The notes beneath the pieces were generated by a model that was not told the origin of the DNA, did no database searches, and saw only the letters and a list, made by a program, of their open reading frames with translations. A DNA stretch of 32,000 nt, taken from assembly GCF_000017845.1 (NCBI RefSeq), contig NC_010547.1:150001-182000 (forward strand). The letters run 5' to 3'. The position numbers and the translations under genes were made by a program. The DNA comes from Crocosphaera subtropica ATCC 51142 (GTDB lineage: Bacteria > Cyanobacteriota > Cyanobacteriia > Cyanobacteriales > Microcystaceae). Below are positions 31,823-32,000 of the stretch, one piece after another (within the stretch, counting starts at the first letter, position 1; every line of letters starts with the position of its first letter).

Positions 31823-32000
31823 ATGCAAACCACAGGTTATTTTCTAGTCAACGGACAAAAAATAAAGGTGTTAGCCCGTGTACCCTTGAAGCCAAGGAAG
31901 GACGGAGCTTTTTGCCGGTCATTTAAGCTAAGGCACTCAGGCCGAGATGGAGAATGCTTTGAGGATGAGTCCACTTTTTTAGAGTCAGAACCTGCCGTAT
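31823..32000 (+). CDS. 5' part of an ORF that runs off the window
   Basis: ATG 31823 (MQTTGYFLVNGQKIKVLARV...) is open for 59 codons to the window edge. It is not in the supplied track because no stop is reached. Confidence 0.3.
   Translation, partial: MQTTGYFLVNGQKIKVLARVPLKPRKDGAFCRSFKLRHSGRDGECFEDESTFLESEPAV

Larger units (their letters stand above)
14401..32000 (+). mobile_element. Plasmid- or phage-like replicon segment (boundaries undetermined; continues past the window end)
   Basis: All genes are co-directional. It carries its own Rep primase-helicase with an upstream repeat region, an accessory clamp-loader pair, promoter-gene-terminator units and private repeat families. No integrase or att site is present in the window, so it may be a plasmid rather than an insertion. 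Confidence 0.4.

Overview
AT-rich cyanobacterial DNA. The HIP1 octamer GCGATCGC occurs 11 times, and several gene families are typical of cyanobacteria (DUF928, Uma2, CHASE2, CHAT). The window splits into two parts. (1) 1-13.3 kb looks like ordinary accessory DNA. It holds a mazEF-type toxin-antitoxin pair, a PD-(D/E)xK protein, a Uma2 endonuclease, a carotenoid cleavage oxygenase, and a compact five-gene envelope module of unknown function (CHASE2 histidine kinase, DUF928, TPR-CHAT protease, TpsA exoprotein, TpsB transporter). (2) 13.4-32 kb is about 18.5 kb in which every credible gene is on the + strand. It reads like a plasmid- or phage-like replicon segment: a 935-nt ORF-free region with iteron-like repeats, a 1205-aa primase-polymerase/DUF3987 helicase Rep, an HTH protein, an AT-rich insert, then a block with a degenerate SLOG/DUF2493-like protein, TerD, a Zn-ribbon protein, an acidic protein and a GHKL ATPase, then a gamma-only DnaX plus HolA pair and a run of small single-gene units. 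No integrase, att site, tRNA, rRNA or CRISPR array was seen. The most unusual signals are non-coding and all lie in the 22-31.5 kb block. First, the exact 8-mer GCTAGCGC occurs 8 times, always on the + strand and always 36-47 nt upstream of a start codon, with 2 near-matches in the same position. Second, there are four copies of a ~50-nt hairpin whose apical CTTAT loop is conserved and whose stem mismatches are mostly G-U wobbles. Third, the same inverted repeat brackets one ORF on both sides. Fourth, a dense AGATTG/CAATCT repeat array sits upstream of dnaX. Together these suggest an element-specific regulatory circuit controlling a gene set of unknown function. All functional calls come from reading motifs by eye; no searches were run.
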